In this document: piece after piece, positions 29,251 to 37,771 of the stretch | How the letters are laid out: every line of letters begins with the position of its first letter | Numbering within the stretch: position 1 is the first letter of the stretch | Assembly (NCBI GenBank): GCA_937914865.1 | Contig: CALDMD010000103.1 | Coordinates: 6,856-70,855, forward strand | Reading direction: 5' to 3' | From: an uncultured Prevotella sp. | Lineage (GTDB): Bacteria > Bacteroidota > Bacteroidia > Bacteroidales > Bacteroidaceae | DNA length: 64,000 nt | The notes under the pieces: model-generated | Databases searched by the model: none | What the model saw: only the letters and a program-made list of their open reading frames with translations | What the model was told of the DNA's origin: nothing | Position numbers and translations under genes: made by a program

Positions 29251-30168
29251 ATGAAAAAGATATTCATCACAGCCGCTATGGCGATAATGTCGCTGACGGC
29301 AATGGCTCAGACCACCAATTTCCAGGTGCGCTGGGCCAATCATCCGGAGGACGCTAAGCACTATGACACGAGCCGTCTGCGCAAGGAGTTTCTCATCGAG
29401 AAGGTGTTTGCCCCCAACGAGGTGAACTGGACCTACACCATGTACGACCGCTTCCTGATAGGTGGTGCCGAGCCGGTGGACGCTCCCATAGAGCTGAACC
29501 CTATTGAGCCGCTGCGTGCCAAGACCCTGCTTGAGAACCGCGAGCTTGGCATCATCAATATCGGTGGTCCCGGCATCGTCTCTATCGACGGCAAGGACTA
29601 CGACCTCGGCTTCGAGGAGGGAATATACGTGGGACGCTCCACAGAGAAGAACCCCAACCGTGTGGTGCTCAAGAGCAAGGATGCGAAAAATCCTGCTAAG
29701 TTCTATATGAACAGTGCCACTGCCCACATGTCGTATCCCGTGAAGCGCGTCACGCTGAAGGAGGCAAAGAACATCAAGGCTGGCAGCCAAGCCGAGAGCA
29801 ACGACCGCGTCATCCATCAGCTCATCATCAACGGTGTGGCAGGTGTACGCACATGCCAGCTTCAGATGGGTGTGACGGAACTGAAGACGGGCTCGGTGTG
29901 GAACACGATGCCTGCGCACACCCACTTGCGCCGCATGGAGACCTATCTCTACTTCAATGTGCCCGACGGACAGCGCATCTGCCACATCATGGGTGAGCCG
30001 CAGGAGACACGCCCGATGTGGATGAGCAACGAGCAGGCTGTCATCTCGCCGCAATGGTCGATACATTGTGCCGCCGGAACAAGCAACTACACGTTCATCT
30101 GGGGTATGGCGGGAGAGAATCTCGACTATGGCGACATGCAGGTGGTGAAGACCACCGACCTGAAGTAA
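29251..30168 (+). CDS. kduI: 5-dehydro-4-deoxy-D-glucuronate isomerase (KduI); start ambiguous (29251 or 29302)
   Basis: Collinear with E. coli KduI from residue about 24 to the end ([11 protein letters not shown] .. WNTMPAHTH .. YTFIWGM). The first 20 codons read like a signal peptide. Confidence 0.9.
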   Translation: MKKIFITAAMAIMSLTAMAQTTNFQVRWANHPEDAKHYDTSRLRKEFLIEKVFAPNEVNWTYTMYDRFLIGGAEPVDAPIELNPIEPLRAKTLLENRELGIINIGGPGIVSIDGKDYDLGFEEGIYVGRSTEKNPNRVVLKSKDAKNPAKFYMNSATAHMSYPVKRVTLKEAKNIKAGSQAESNDRVIHQLIINGVAGVRTCQLQMGVTELKTGSVWNTMPAHTHLRRMETYLYFNVPDGQRICHIMGEPQETRPMWMSNEQAVISPQWSIHCAAGTSNYTFIWGMAGENLDYGDMQVVKTTDLK

Positions 30169-30255
30169 GCGGTACTTTATGCCATACCCTCCTACAGATT
30201 GCCGCTCATATTTAAAGATAATTCAGAACAAATACCCATAAATATAAATAAAAAT

Positions 30256-31056
30256 ATGGACATGGACAAAATGTTTTCGCTTGAGGGCAAGGTAGCCCTC
30301 GTGACGGGTGCCGCCTACGGCATCGGTTTCGCAATGGCTGAGGCTCTGCACAACGCTGGTGCAAAGATCGCCTTCAACTGTCGCTCGCAGCACCACATGG
30401 ATCAGGCTCTCGCCGACTACAAGGCAAAGGGCATCGACGCGCGTGGATACATCTGCGACGTGACCGACGAGGTTCAGGTGAAGAAGATGGTGGCAGACAT
30501 CGAGAAGGAACTTGGCGTGATAGACATCCTCGTCAACAACGCCGGCATCATCAAGCGTATTCCGATGGAAGAGATGAGCGTGGAGGACTTCCGAGAGGTG
30601 GTGGACATCGACCTCAACGCTCCGTTCATCGTGTCGAAGGCTGTCATCCCCGGAATGAAGAAGAAGGGACATGGCAAGATTATCAACATCTGCTCTATGA
30701 TGTCGGAACTTGGACGCGAGACAGTATCGGCATACGCAGCCGCAAAGGGAGGACTGAAGATGCTCACGCGCAACATCTGCTCGGAGTTCGGCGAGTACAA
30801 CATACAGTGCAACGGCATCGGCCCGGGCTACATCGCCACTCCACAGACAGCTCCGCTGCGTGAACGCCAGGCCGACGGTAGCCGTCATCCGTTCGACAGT
30901 TTCATCGTGGCAAAGACTCCGGCGGCTCGCTGGGGTACGCCTGAGGACCTGATGGGACCGGTTGTCTTCCTCGCGAGCGATGCCTCCAACTTCGTCAACG
31001 GACATATTCTTTATGTCGACGGTGGCATACTTGCATATATCGGCAAGCAACCTTAA
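30256..31056 (+). CDS. kduD: SDR oxidoreductase, KduD / gluconate-5-dehydrogenase type
   Basis: ORF 30199-31056, with probable start MDMDKMFSLEGK at 30256. TGAAYGIG Rossmann motif, NNAG, and YAAAK catalytic motif. Confidence 0.85.
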   Translation: MDMDKMFSLEGKVALVTGAAYGIGFAMAEALHNAGAKIAFNCRSQHHMDQALADYKAKGIDARGYICDVTDEVQVKKMVADIEKELGVIDILVNNAGIIKRIPMEEMSVEDFREVVDIDLNAPFIVSKAVIPGMKKKGHGKIINICSMMSELGRETVSAYAAAKGGLKMLTRNICSEFGEYNIQCNGIGPGYIATPQTAPLRERQADGSRHPFDSFIVAKTPAARWGTPEDLMGPVVFLASDASNFVNGHILYVDGGILAYIGKQP

Positions 31057-31074
31057 TAGATAATGTATAAATAT

Positions 31075-31139
31075 CGTTCAAAAGGGGTGATTTTTTATTC
31101 AAAACAGCTATTTGATAAAAAATTACCTCTTTTTGAACG
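31075..31139 (+). terminator. long AT-rich hairpin after kduD
   Basis: cgttcaaaaggggtgatttttt ... aaaaaattacctctttttgaacg, with about 19 of 22 bases paired. Confidence 0.5.
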
Positions 31140-31170
31140 TATTTTGACACTCGATTAAGCTACATAGTTG

Positions 31171-31178
31171 TAATTTTG
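31171..31178 (+). promoter_or_regulatory. -7 box (TAATTTTG) with no ORF downstream
   Basis: TAATTTTGCG is the same decamer as the box at 31624 that precedes the next gene. Confidence 0.45.
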
Positions 31179-31185
31179 CGTCAGA

Positions 31186-31567
31186 AAAACAAAGCACACG
31201 GTGCTGATATATATCGACATCGTCACGACAAAGCTTCAAATAGCAGAGGGTATGAGTCTTTTCTGCTTAGGTATAAAAGGTTGTTTTCTTAGGATGATTT
31301 CTATTGATTATTAGAAGAAAGCAATGTTAGTAGATAGCAAAGAGAAAGTTCTAAGTGATATATGAAAGTAAAGAGAGTGATAGAAAATATTTGATTGTTT
31401 TTGATATAGTAAATTAAGTAAGTAGTTAGTTAGGTTTTTAAACATTAGGTAATTGTTTTTAAATTAGTAGTTAGGTTTTAGGTTATTTATAGGTTAGTTG
31501 ATTAGGTATAAAAACACAGTTAAGGTTTGTTGGAGAGGTGTATGCTGTGACAGCATACACCTTTTTT
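31186..31567 (+). ncRNA. candidate about 380-nt non-coding RNA (C-depleted, TTAGG-rich, terminator-capped)
   Basis: A promoter box lies upstream. No ORF longer than about 20 codons. Only 10 C in 31261-31540. Ends in the 11-bp stem ggtgtatgctg/cagcatacacc plus TTTTTT (31537-31567). Confidence 0.4.
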
Positions 31568-31623
31568 ATTAAAAAGTATACTTTTTAGACTGATTTTTGT
31601 ACCTGATGTTCGTGTTTATAGTG

Positions 31624-31631
31624 TAATTTTG
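31624..31631 (+). promoter_or_regulatory. -7 box (TAATTTTG) upstream of the GH43 gene at 31677
   Basis: TAATTTTGCGG lies about 45 nt upstream of the ATG. Confidence 0.5.
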
Positions 31632-31676
31632 CGGATGCTTAGTAGAATGTAAAAACCTAAAAAATACGACAAGACA

Positions 31677-32663
31677 ATGAACATCTGCCAAAAATTAAAA
31701 TGTATGTTTCTGCTTGCCGCCATGCTGTTGGTGTGCAAGTCGGGCGAAGCACGCAACAAGTATCTTTTCGTTTATTTCACCGGCAATGCTCCCGAGCAGG
31801 AGCAGATAATGTATGCCGTGAGCGACGACGGTTTCAACTACACGCCGCTCAACGGTGGCCGTCCGGTTGTCGCATCCGACTCCATCGCACGCACCGGTTG
31901 CGTGCGCGACCCGCATATTCTGCGTACCAAGAAAGGCGAATATCTGATGGTGGCAACCGATATGCGCTCATCGCTCGGCTGGTCGAGCAACCGCGGCATA
32001 GTGCTGATGAAGTCGCGCGACCTTGTGCATTGGGAGCACCATACGGTGCATTTCCCGGAGAAGTATGCCGGCTCCAATCTTGCCAATGTCACGCGAGTGT
32101 GGGCTCCGCAGACTATCTACGACGAGAAGGCAAAGAAATATATGGTGTACTTCTCGCTGCTCACCAACGACGGCACTATTCCCTACGACCGCGTCTACTG
32201 GGCATACGCCAACGACGACTTCACCGACCTTGCCACCACTCCGCAAGTACTCTTCGACTTCCATGCCCCTGCCATCGATACCGACATCGTGCAGGACAAG
32301 ACCGGCGAGTATCACCTCTTCTTCAAGACCGAGCAGGACGGCGCCCACAAGGGCATACGCCAGTATACATTCCGCGATATCCACAACCCGCAGTCGTGGA
32401 CGCTGCTCGATGGATTCTGCGAGCAGACAAAGGATAATGTGGAGGGCGCAGGAGTGTTCCCGCTCATCGACGGCGGCTGGTGTCTGATGTACGACTGCTA
32501 TATGTCGGGACACTATCAGTTCACACGCTCGGAAGACTTGCGCTCGTTCAAGTGGATGGCGGACACTAAGACGTCGGGCGCGTTCACGCCACGCCACGGC
32601 ACCGTGATTCAAATCACGCCGAAGGAGTACAAGAGACTGATGAAATGGTTTGGCAGCAAATGA
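31677..32663 (+). CDS. GH43-like five-bladed propeller glycoside hydrolase
   Basis: 328 aa with a signal peptide. VRDPHIL, ATDM and WAPQ segments fit the GH43 Asp/Glu blades. Subfamily not assigned. Confidence 0.7.
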   Translation: MNICQKLKCMFLLAAMLLVCKSGEARNKYLFVYFTGNAPEQEQIMYAVSDDGFNYTPLNGGRPVVASDSIARTGCVRDPHILRTKKGEYLMVATDMRSSLGWSSNRGIVLMKSRDLVHWEHHTVHFPEKYAGSNLANVTRVWAPQTIYDEKAKKYMVYFSLLTNDGTIPYDRVYWAYANDDFTDLATTPQVLFDFHAPAIDTDIVQDKTGEYHLFFKTEQDGAHKGIRQYTFRDIHNPQSWTLLDGFCEQTKDNVEGAGVFPLIDGGWCLMYDCYMSGHYQFTRSEDLRSFKWMADTKTSGAFTPRHGTVIQITPKEYKRLMKWFGSK

Positions 32664-32774
32664 CTGCGCAATCATCATAAAATAAAGCATATCATAGGGT
32701 GTACATGTCTCCGGACCGACAACCAATAAAAAGAACTTTTGTGTAATAAATTTTGTGTTGTCGCGTATTTAGAC

Positions 32775-32782
32775 TAACTTTG
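32775..32782 (+). promoter_or_regulatory. -7 box (TAACTTTG) upstream of lptB
   Basis: TAACTTTGCG lies about 30 nt upstream of the ATG at 32812. Confidence 0.45.
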
Positions 32783-32811
32783 CGTGTCTAATCCGACAAT
32801 ATGAAAATGAT

Positions 32812-33636
32812 ATGGATAAAAACGAAATAACCGACAAACCGCACTGCATGGTGCTCCGCACCGAGGGACTGGTCAAGCGCTACGGCAAGCGTACCGTCGT
32901 CAACGACGTGTCTATCAACGTGCGTCAGGGTGAGATTGTGGGACTGCTCGGACCTAACGGTGCGGGCAAGACCACATCGTTCTATATGACCACTGGCCTT
33001 ATCGTGCCAAACGCTGGTCACATCTACCTCGACGACCACGACATCACCGACTATCCCGTCTACAAACGTGCACGTGCCGGCATCGGCTACCTGCCACAGG
33101 AGGCGAGCGTGTTTCGCAAACTCAGCGTGGAGGACAATATCATGGCGGTGCTTGAGATGACACAGCTGCCACGCAAGACGCAGCTTGAGAAACTTGAGAG
33201 CCTCATTGCCGACTTCAACCTCGGCAAGGTGCGCAAGAACATGGGTGACCAACTCTCCGGTGGAGAGCGACGCCGCACGGAGATAGCGCGTTGCCTTGCC
33301 ATCGACCCTAAGTTCATCATGCTCGACGAGCCGTTTGCCGGTGTCGACCCTATCGCCGTGGAGGAGATACAGCACGTGGTGTGGCGACTGAAATATCGCA
33401 ACATCGGCATCCTCATTACCGACCACAACGTGCAGGAGACACTCACCATCACCGACCGTGCCTATCTGCTCTTCGAGGGACGCATACTCTTCCAAGGCAA
33501 CCCGGAGCAGCTCGCCGAGAACCAGATAGTGCGTGAGAAATACCTCGGCTCGCAGTTCGAACTCAAGAAGAAGGATTTCCAACTCGTCGACGAGCAAAAG
33601 CGTAAGCGCGACATGGAACGCGAACTGCAGGATTAG
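32812..33636 (+). CDS. lptB: LPS export ABC transporter ATP-binding protein
   Basis: 274 aa. Walker [10 protein letters not shown], signature LSGGERRR, Walker B IMLDEP, and the LptB-type C-terminal extension. Confidence 0.9.
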   Translation: MDKNEITDKPHCMVLRTEGLVKRYGKRTVVNDVSINVRQGEIVGLLGPNGAGKTTSFYMTTGLIVPNAGHIYLDDHDITDYPVYKRARAGIGYLPQEASVFRKLSVEDNIMAVLEMTQLPRKTQLEKLESLIADFNLGKVRKNMGDQLSGGERRRTEIARCLAIDPKFIMLDEPFAGVDPIAVEEIQHVVWRLKYRNIGILITDHNVQETLTITDRAYLLFEGRILFQGNPEQLAENQIVREKYLGSQFELKKKDFQLVDEQKRKRDMERELQD

Positions 33637-33762
33637 GAGTTTTGAATTTTGAGTTTTGAGTTGTTCTCGGGCTTCGCCCTGCGATTTGGAATTTTGAATT
33701 TTGAGTTTTGAGTTGTTCTCGGGCTTCGCCCTGCGATTTGGAATTTTGAATTTTGAATTTTT
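33637..33762. repeat. 2 x 52-bp tandem repeat built from GA(A/G)TTTT heptads plus a GC-rich spacer
   Basis: Units at 33651-33702 and 33703-33754 are identical, flanked by partial heptad runs. Confidence 0.85.
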
Positions 33763-33795
33763 AATTCAACGCAAAATTAAACATTAAACATTAAA

Positions 33796-34338
33796 ATGAA
33801 GTACCTTCTCGTTTCCGACATACACGGTTGTCTGCCCACGCTGCAGCGTGTTCTCGACTTCTACGACCGTGAGAACTACGATATGTTATTCATCCTCGGC
33901 GACATCCTCAACTACGGGCCTCGCAACCGCATACCCGAGGGTATCGACCCCAAAGGCATCGTCGAACTGCTCAATGCACGCAAGGACTCAATCGTCGCCG
34001 TACGCGGCAACTGCGACGCAGAGGTCGACCAGATGCTCCTCGACTTCCCAATCATGGCCGACTACGCCCTCGTCGTCGACGGCACGCGCCGCATCTTCCT
34101 CACACATGGTCATGTGTATAACGAGCAGAACCGTCCGTGCCTAAGCAACGACATATTCTGTTATGGCCACACCCATCTGTGGAAACTCGAGAAGGACACC
34201 GACGGTAGGGTAGTGTGCAACCTCGGTTCCATAACCTTCCCAAAGGGCGGCAACGAGCCCACCTTCGCCACCTACGATAACGGCACGTTGCGAGTGCGCA
34301 GCATGGACGGAAGCATCGTCAAAAGCCTGTCATTATGA
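33796..34338 (+). CDS. yfcE: YfcE-type metallophosphoesterase (MJ0936 family)
   Basis: 180 aa. SDIHG, LGDILNYGPRN, VRGNCD, LTHGH and GHTH motifs, collinear with E. coli YfcE. Confidence 0.85.
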   Translation: MKYLLVSDIHGCLPTLQRVLDFYDRENYDMLFILGDILNYGPRNRIPEGIDPKGIVELLNARKDSIVAVRGNCDAEVDQMLLDFPIMADYALVVDGTRRIFLTHGHVYNEQNRPCLSNDIFCYGHTHLWKLEKDTDGRVVCNLGSITFPKGGNEPTFATYDNGTLRVRSMDGSIVKSLSL

Positions 34339-34401
34339 CAATAAAAAGTAGCTGCTCAAATTAATTTTAGTTTTATTTTATTATTACCGCCCCATTATTT
34401 A

Positions 34402-34474
34402 ACTCAAGTTTCTCTAAGTTTGCAGAGGATTGCGACGAAGTCGCAATCCTCTGCAAACTTAGAGAAACTTGAGT
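34402..34474. repeat. 73-nt perfect palindrome (35-bp stem, 3-nt loop)
   Basis: actcaagtttctctaagtttgcagaggattgcgac-gaa-gtcgcaatcctctgcaaacttagagaaacttgagt. No T-run follows. Confidence 0.9.
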
Positions 34475-34627
34475 ATTAATAAAAAGCCTCTAATTATTTG
34501 TTCGTTGTATAAAAAAACAATATATTTGCAAAGCGAAACCTAATAGATACTATAACAATCAACTCTCTGACACCATATAACTATGAAAACGTAGCCTTCA
34601 GTTTGTCGGTCTACTTTTAATTTCATT

Positions 34628-34911
34628 ACCAGTTGTCAGCTTGCAACCATCTGATGCAATAAAAAGTAGAGTATTAGAGGAATTGTGGACGGATAGTCTT
34701 GCTCATAGATCAAAGAGTACAACAAATTCTCGCTCTTTTGTTGTCCGTGTATTAGAAGCAGAATCATATTTCTGCTAATACGGCCATCCGACTTCCTACT
34801 ATGCCTGTTGGAAGAAAAGACGAATATGGCGTTTGGGGTGACCATTATGGTTATGGCTTGGTTAATGCCTATGGAGCTGTATTAGAAACAATTAAGTATA
34901 AGCAACAATAA
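34628..34911 (+). pseudogene. relic of the 3' end of a subtilase (S8) gene
   Basis: 34756-34911 translates to NTAIRLPTMPVGRKDEYGVWGDHYGYGLVNAYGAVLETIKYKQQ*. Upstream stops and frame changes are present. The 5' limit is uncertain. Confidence 0.55.
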
Positions 34912-34924
34912 TATTTTGATTACT

Positions 34925-36232
34925 ATGAAGAAAAATTTTAAATCAATTATAGTTTTTGTTTTTTTATTGTGTTCTGTAAACAATTTGTTTGCTGAAGATA
35001 AAGAAACACTAAAAGTGTTTTATACAATTATAGGCGGACCAAATACATACGCGCGCAATTTTGACAACACCTCTACTAATGTTTATGGCTTAGTTACCAC
35101 AGTTGTCTTTCGTTTTTATGAAAATGTACAGGAGGAGTCTAAGCCTGTCTATTGTAGTCTTATGTGTGGTGATGATGTTATAGCAAAAGCCGAGATTTCT
35201 AAAATCAAAGTTTCGAATGACGCATGCTTCTTGTTTGATGATTTGATACTTCCCAAAGGAAAATCGTATAAACTTGTAGTTCCTGAAGGAGCCTTATGCA
35301 GTGTGGATAATCCGGATCTGAAGTCTGGCGAACTTGTTATTGACTTTAATGTGGATGATTTCTATGCAAGAAATACTCCTGAGCAGACTTTAAGTCAAGC
35401 CGGTTCTTACCAATTCGGATTTGCAATCAACACTATTAATTGTGATACGGGTAAAATTGTTCTTTGCCGTGAAGACAAACCAATTATGGAATACCCTTTG
35501 ATTTTTACTTATCAAGATTTTGATATAGGGGCTGCAACTTGTACATTTCCCCAAACTCTAAATTTTGAGGACAACATAAGATACACGTTCATTCTACCTA
35601 AGGGTAGCGTTCACTCGCTTGATCGTGACGATATCGTCAATTATGAGGCTCGTCATAAGTTGGTAGGTACTTGCGGGCGCACGTTTGCTCCTATAGAATA
35701 TTCCGCGTGCAGCGTTGAGGGTAGGGCAAATCTGACCGAGCTTGGCGTTGTCACAGTGGATTATTCCACTCCAGTGCAACTTGCTCCTGGCGCTCGTCTC
35801 CAACTCGTGGATAGCGACGGAGTTGTGCAGAAAGAGACTGAGGCTACGCTTTCCGACAATGGTAAGATATGGACTGTATCGGCTGATTTCAGTGGCTGCG
35901 TGGTAAATGGTGGCTTTTCTCTGTGTATTCCCGAGGCTACTGTTGTCGGCACCGGTTCGGACATAACGGTTAACCGTCGCACACTTATTGCGCTCGATGG
36001 CAGTGTCTCGTCGGTAACAGGATTGACGCACCTACAGTCTACCGTTTCATTGAATGGCTCTTTGCTTACCATCAACGGAGTGGAGCCTGGCGACCATGTC
36101 GCTATATACGATGCAACGGGTAAACTTTACCTTCGTACTACATCTACAGCTAACTCGTTAACAGTAGACTTGCCTTCTAAAGGAGTATATATAGTGAAGA
36201 CCAACGGTAGTGTCGTAAAAGTTGGAATGTAA
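34925..36232 (+). CDS. T9SS-sorted surface protein with three Ig-like (SbsA_Ig/Big-type) repeats, copy A
   Basis: 435 aa from the ATG at 34925. Signal peptide ..NNLFAEDKETLK. Repeated Y[KT]x[VI]LP[EK]G[AS]x motif. C-terminal T9SS tail ..VAIYDATGKLY..GVYIVKTNGSVVKVGM. Confidence 0.8.
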   Translation: MKKNFKSIIVFVFLLCSVNNLFAEDKETLKVFYTIIGGPNTYARNFDNTSTNVYGLVTTVVFRFYENVQEESKPVYCSLMCGDDVIAKAEISKIKVSNDACFLFDDLILPKGKSYKLVVPEGALCSVDNPDLKSGELVIDFNVDDFYARNTPEQTLSQAGSYQFGFAINTINCDTGKIVLCREDKPIMEYPLIFTYQDFDIGAATCTFPQTLNFEDNIRYTFILPKGSVHSLDRDDIVNYEARHKLVGTCGRTFAPIEYSACSVEGRANLTELGVVTVDYSTPVQLAPGARLQLVDSDGVVQKETEATLSDNGKIWTVSADFSGCVVNGGFSLCIPEATVVGTGSDITVNRRTLIALDGSVSSVTGLTHLQSTVSLNGSLLTINGVEPGDHVAIYDATGKLYLRTTSTANSLTVDLPSKGVYIVKTNGSVVKVGM

Positions 36233-36243
36233 GTAGGGCTACT
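35672..36243 (+). repeat. 572-bp direct repeat, copy 1 (3' part of gene A plus 11 nt)
   Basis: Identical to 37211-37782 except C/T at 35710/37249 (synonymous Cys codon). Period 1539 bp. Confidence 0.95.
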
Positions 36244-36448
36244 CCGCATGTATCAGGTATTGTAGCCTTGATGCTTGAACGTAACCCAAACCTTAAGGCA
36301 AGTCAAGTTATAGAAATTTTAGCAAAAACAGCTACTAGGCTCCCAACAATGCCTGTTGGAATAAAAAATATTTCGGGTTATGGGATGCTATGGCTTGGTC
36401 AATGCATATGCAGCTGTAATGAAAGCAATTGAATACAAACAAAAATAA
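36238..36448 (+). pseudogene. relic of a subtilase (S8) 3' region, frameshifted
   Basis: Translates to ATPHVSGIVALMLERNPNLKASQVIEILAKTATRLPTMPVG..GYG. A 10-nt insertion (gatgctatgg) then shifts the frame. The restored frame reads LVNAYAAVMKAIEYKQK*. Confidence 0.7.
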
Positions 36449-36454
36449 ATCATT

Positions 36455-37771
36455 ATGAGAAATATACAAAAAAAATCTGTAATATTGTTTTTTATTGTGT
36501 TTTTTAATATCTCTGTATTTGCAGAGTCAAATGAAACGTTAAAGCCATACCGGTATCTAATAAGTGGTAATGACTGGAGTACATCCGATTTCCAAAATAA
36601 ACTGACAGTACATGGACTGGTATGGTTAGTAAGTCTGTATTTTAACGAAGAATTGGCAGTACGTGAAAAAGTCAAGGGGTATATAACCAAAGATGGTGAG
36701 GTGCTGGCCGAGACAGAATTGAAAAATGAAAATAGTACAACGAATAGAGTGCTAATGATGTTTAAAGAATCATTCAAGTTTCCCATAGGCAAAAATTATA
36801 AAGCCGTTTTCCCAGCATCTTCTGTTTACAGTTTGTCAGATCCTTCTAAAACATTTGATGAGACAATTGTTGTATTTGATGTGGAAAAATATTTTTACTA
36901 TACCCGTTTTCATGGTGGATTCAATGGCGATTACAAACGCTTGCAGTTTTATTTCGACTTGAATGTTAAAAGTTTTGATGATTCTAAAATTTTGATTTGC
37001 CGTGAGGGTATCCCAGTTCTTGAATATCCAGTAGATGGAAATGACTGTTTTAGCGATTTTGACATAGGTCGTGCGACATGTGGTTTGGATCATGATTTGA
37101 ATTTTGAAGATGGCATAAAGTATACCGTTGTCCTTCCTGAAGGCAGTGTCCATTCAGTTGAACGTGACGACATTGTCAATGCCGAGGCACAGTATAACAT
37201 CGAAAAGTCATGCGGGCGCACGTTTGCTCCTATAGAATATTCCGCGTGTAGCGTTGAGGGTAGGGCAAATCTGACCGAGCTTGGCGTTGTCACAGTGGAT
37301 TATTCCACTCCAGTGCAACTTGCTCCTGGCGCTCGTCTCCAACTCGTGGATAGCGACGGAGTTGTGCAGAAAGAGACTGAGGCTACGCTTTCCGACAATG
37401 GTAAGATATGGACTGTATCGGCTGATTTCAGTGGCTGCGTGGTAAATGGTGGCTTTTCTCTGTGTATTCCCGAGGCTACTGTTGTCGGCACCGGTTCGGA
37501 CATAACGGTTAACCGTCGCACACTTATTGCGCTCGATGGCAGTGTCTCGTCGGTAACAGGATTGACGCACCTACAGTCTACCGTTTCATTGAATGGCTCT
37601 TTGCTTACCATCAACGGAGTGGAGCCTGGCGACCATGTCGCTATATACGATGCAACGGGTAAACTTTACCTTCGTACTACATCTACAGCTAACTCGTTAA
37701 CAGTAGACTTGCCTTCTAAAGGAGTATATATAGTGAAGACCAACGGTAGTGTCGTAAAAGTTGGAATGTAA
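36455..37771 (+). CDS. T9SS-sorted surface protein with Ig-like repeats, copy B
   Basis: 438 aa. Signal peptide ..ISVFAESNETLK. The N-terminal 250 aa or so are only loosely similar to copy A. The C-terminal 187 aa are identical to copy A. Confidence 0.8.
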   Translation: MRNIQKKSVILFFIVFFNISVFAESNETLKPYRYLISGNDWSTSDFQNKLTVHGLVWLVSLYFNEELAVREKVKGYITKDGEVLAETELKNENSTTNRVLMMFKESFKFPIGKNYKAVFPASSVYSLSDPSKTFDETIVVFDVEKYFYYTRFHGGFNGDYKRLQFYFDLNVKSFDDSKILICREGIPVLEYPVDGNDCFSDFDIGRATCGLDHDLNFEDGIKYTVVLPEGSVHSVERDDIVNAEAQYNIEKSCGRTFAPIEYSACSVEGRANLTELGVVTVDYSTPVQLAPGARLQLVDSDGVVQKETEATLSDNGKIWTVSADFSGCVVNGGFSLCIPEATVVGTGSDITVNRRTLIALDGSVSSVTGLTHLQSTVSLNGSLLTINGVEPGDHVAIYDATGKLYLRTTSTANSLTVDLPSKGVYIVKTNGSVVKVGM

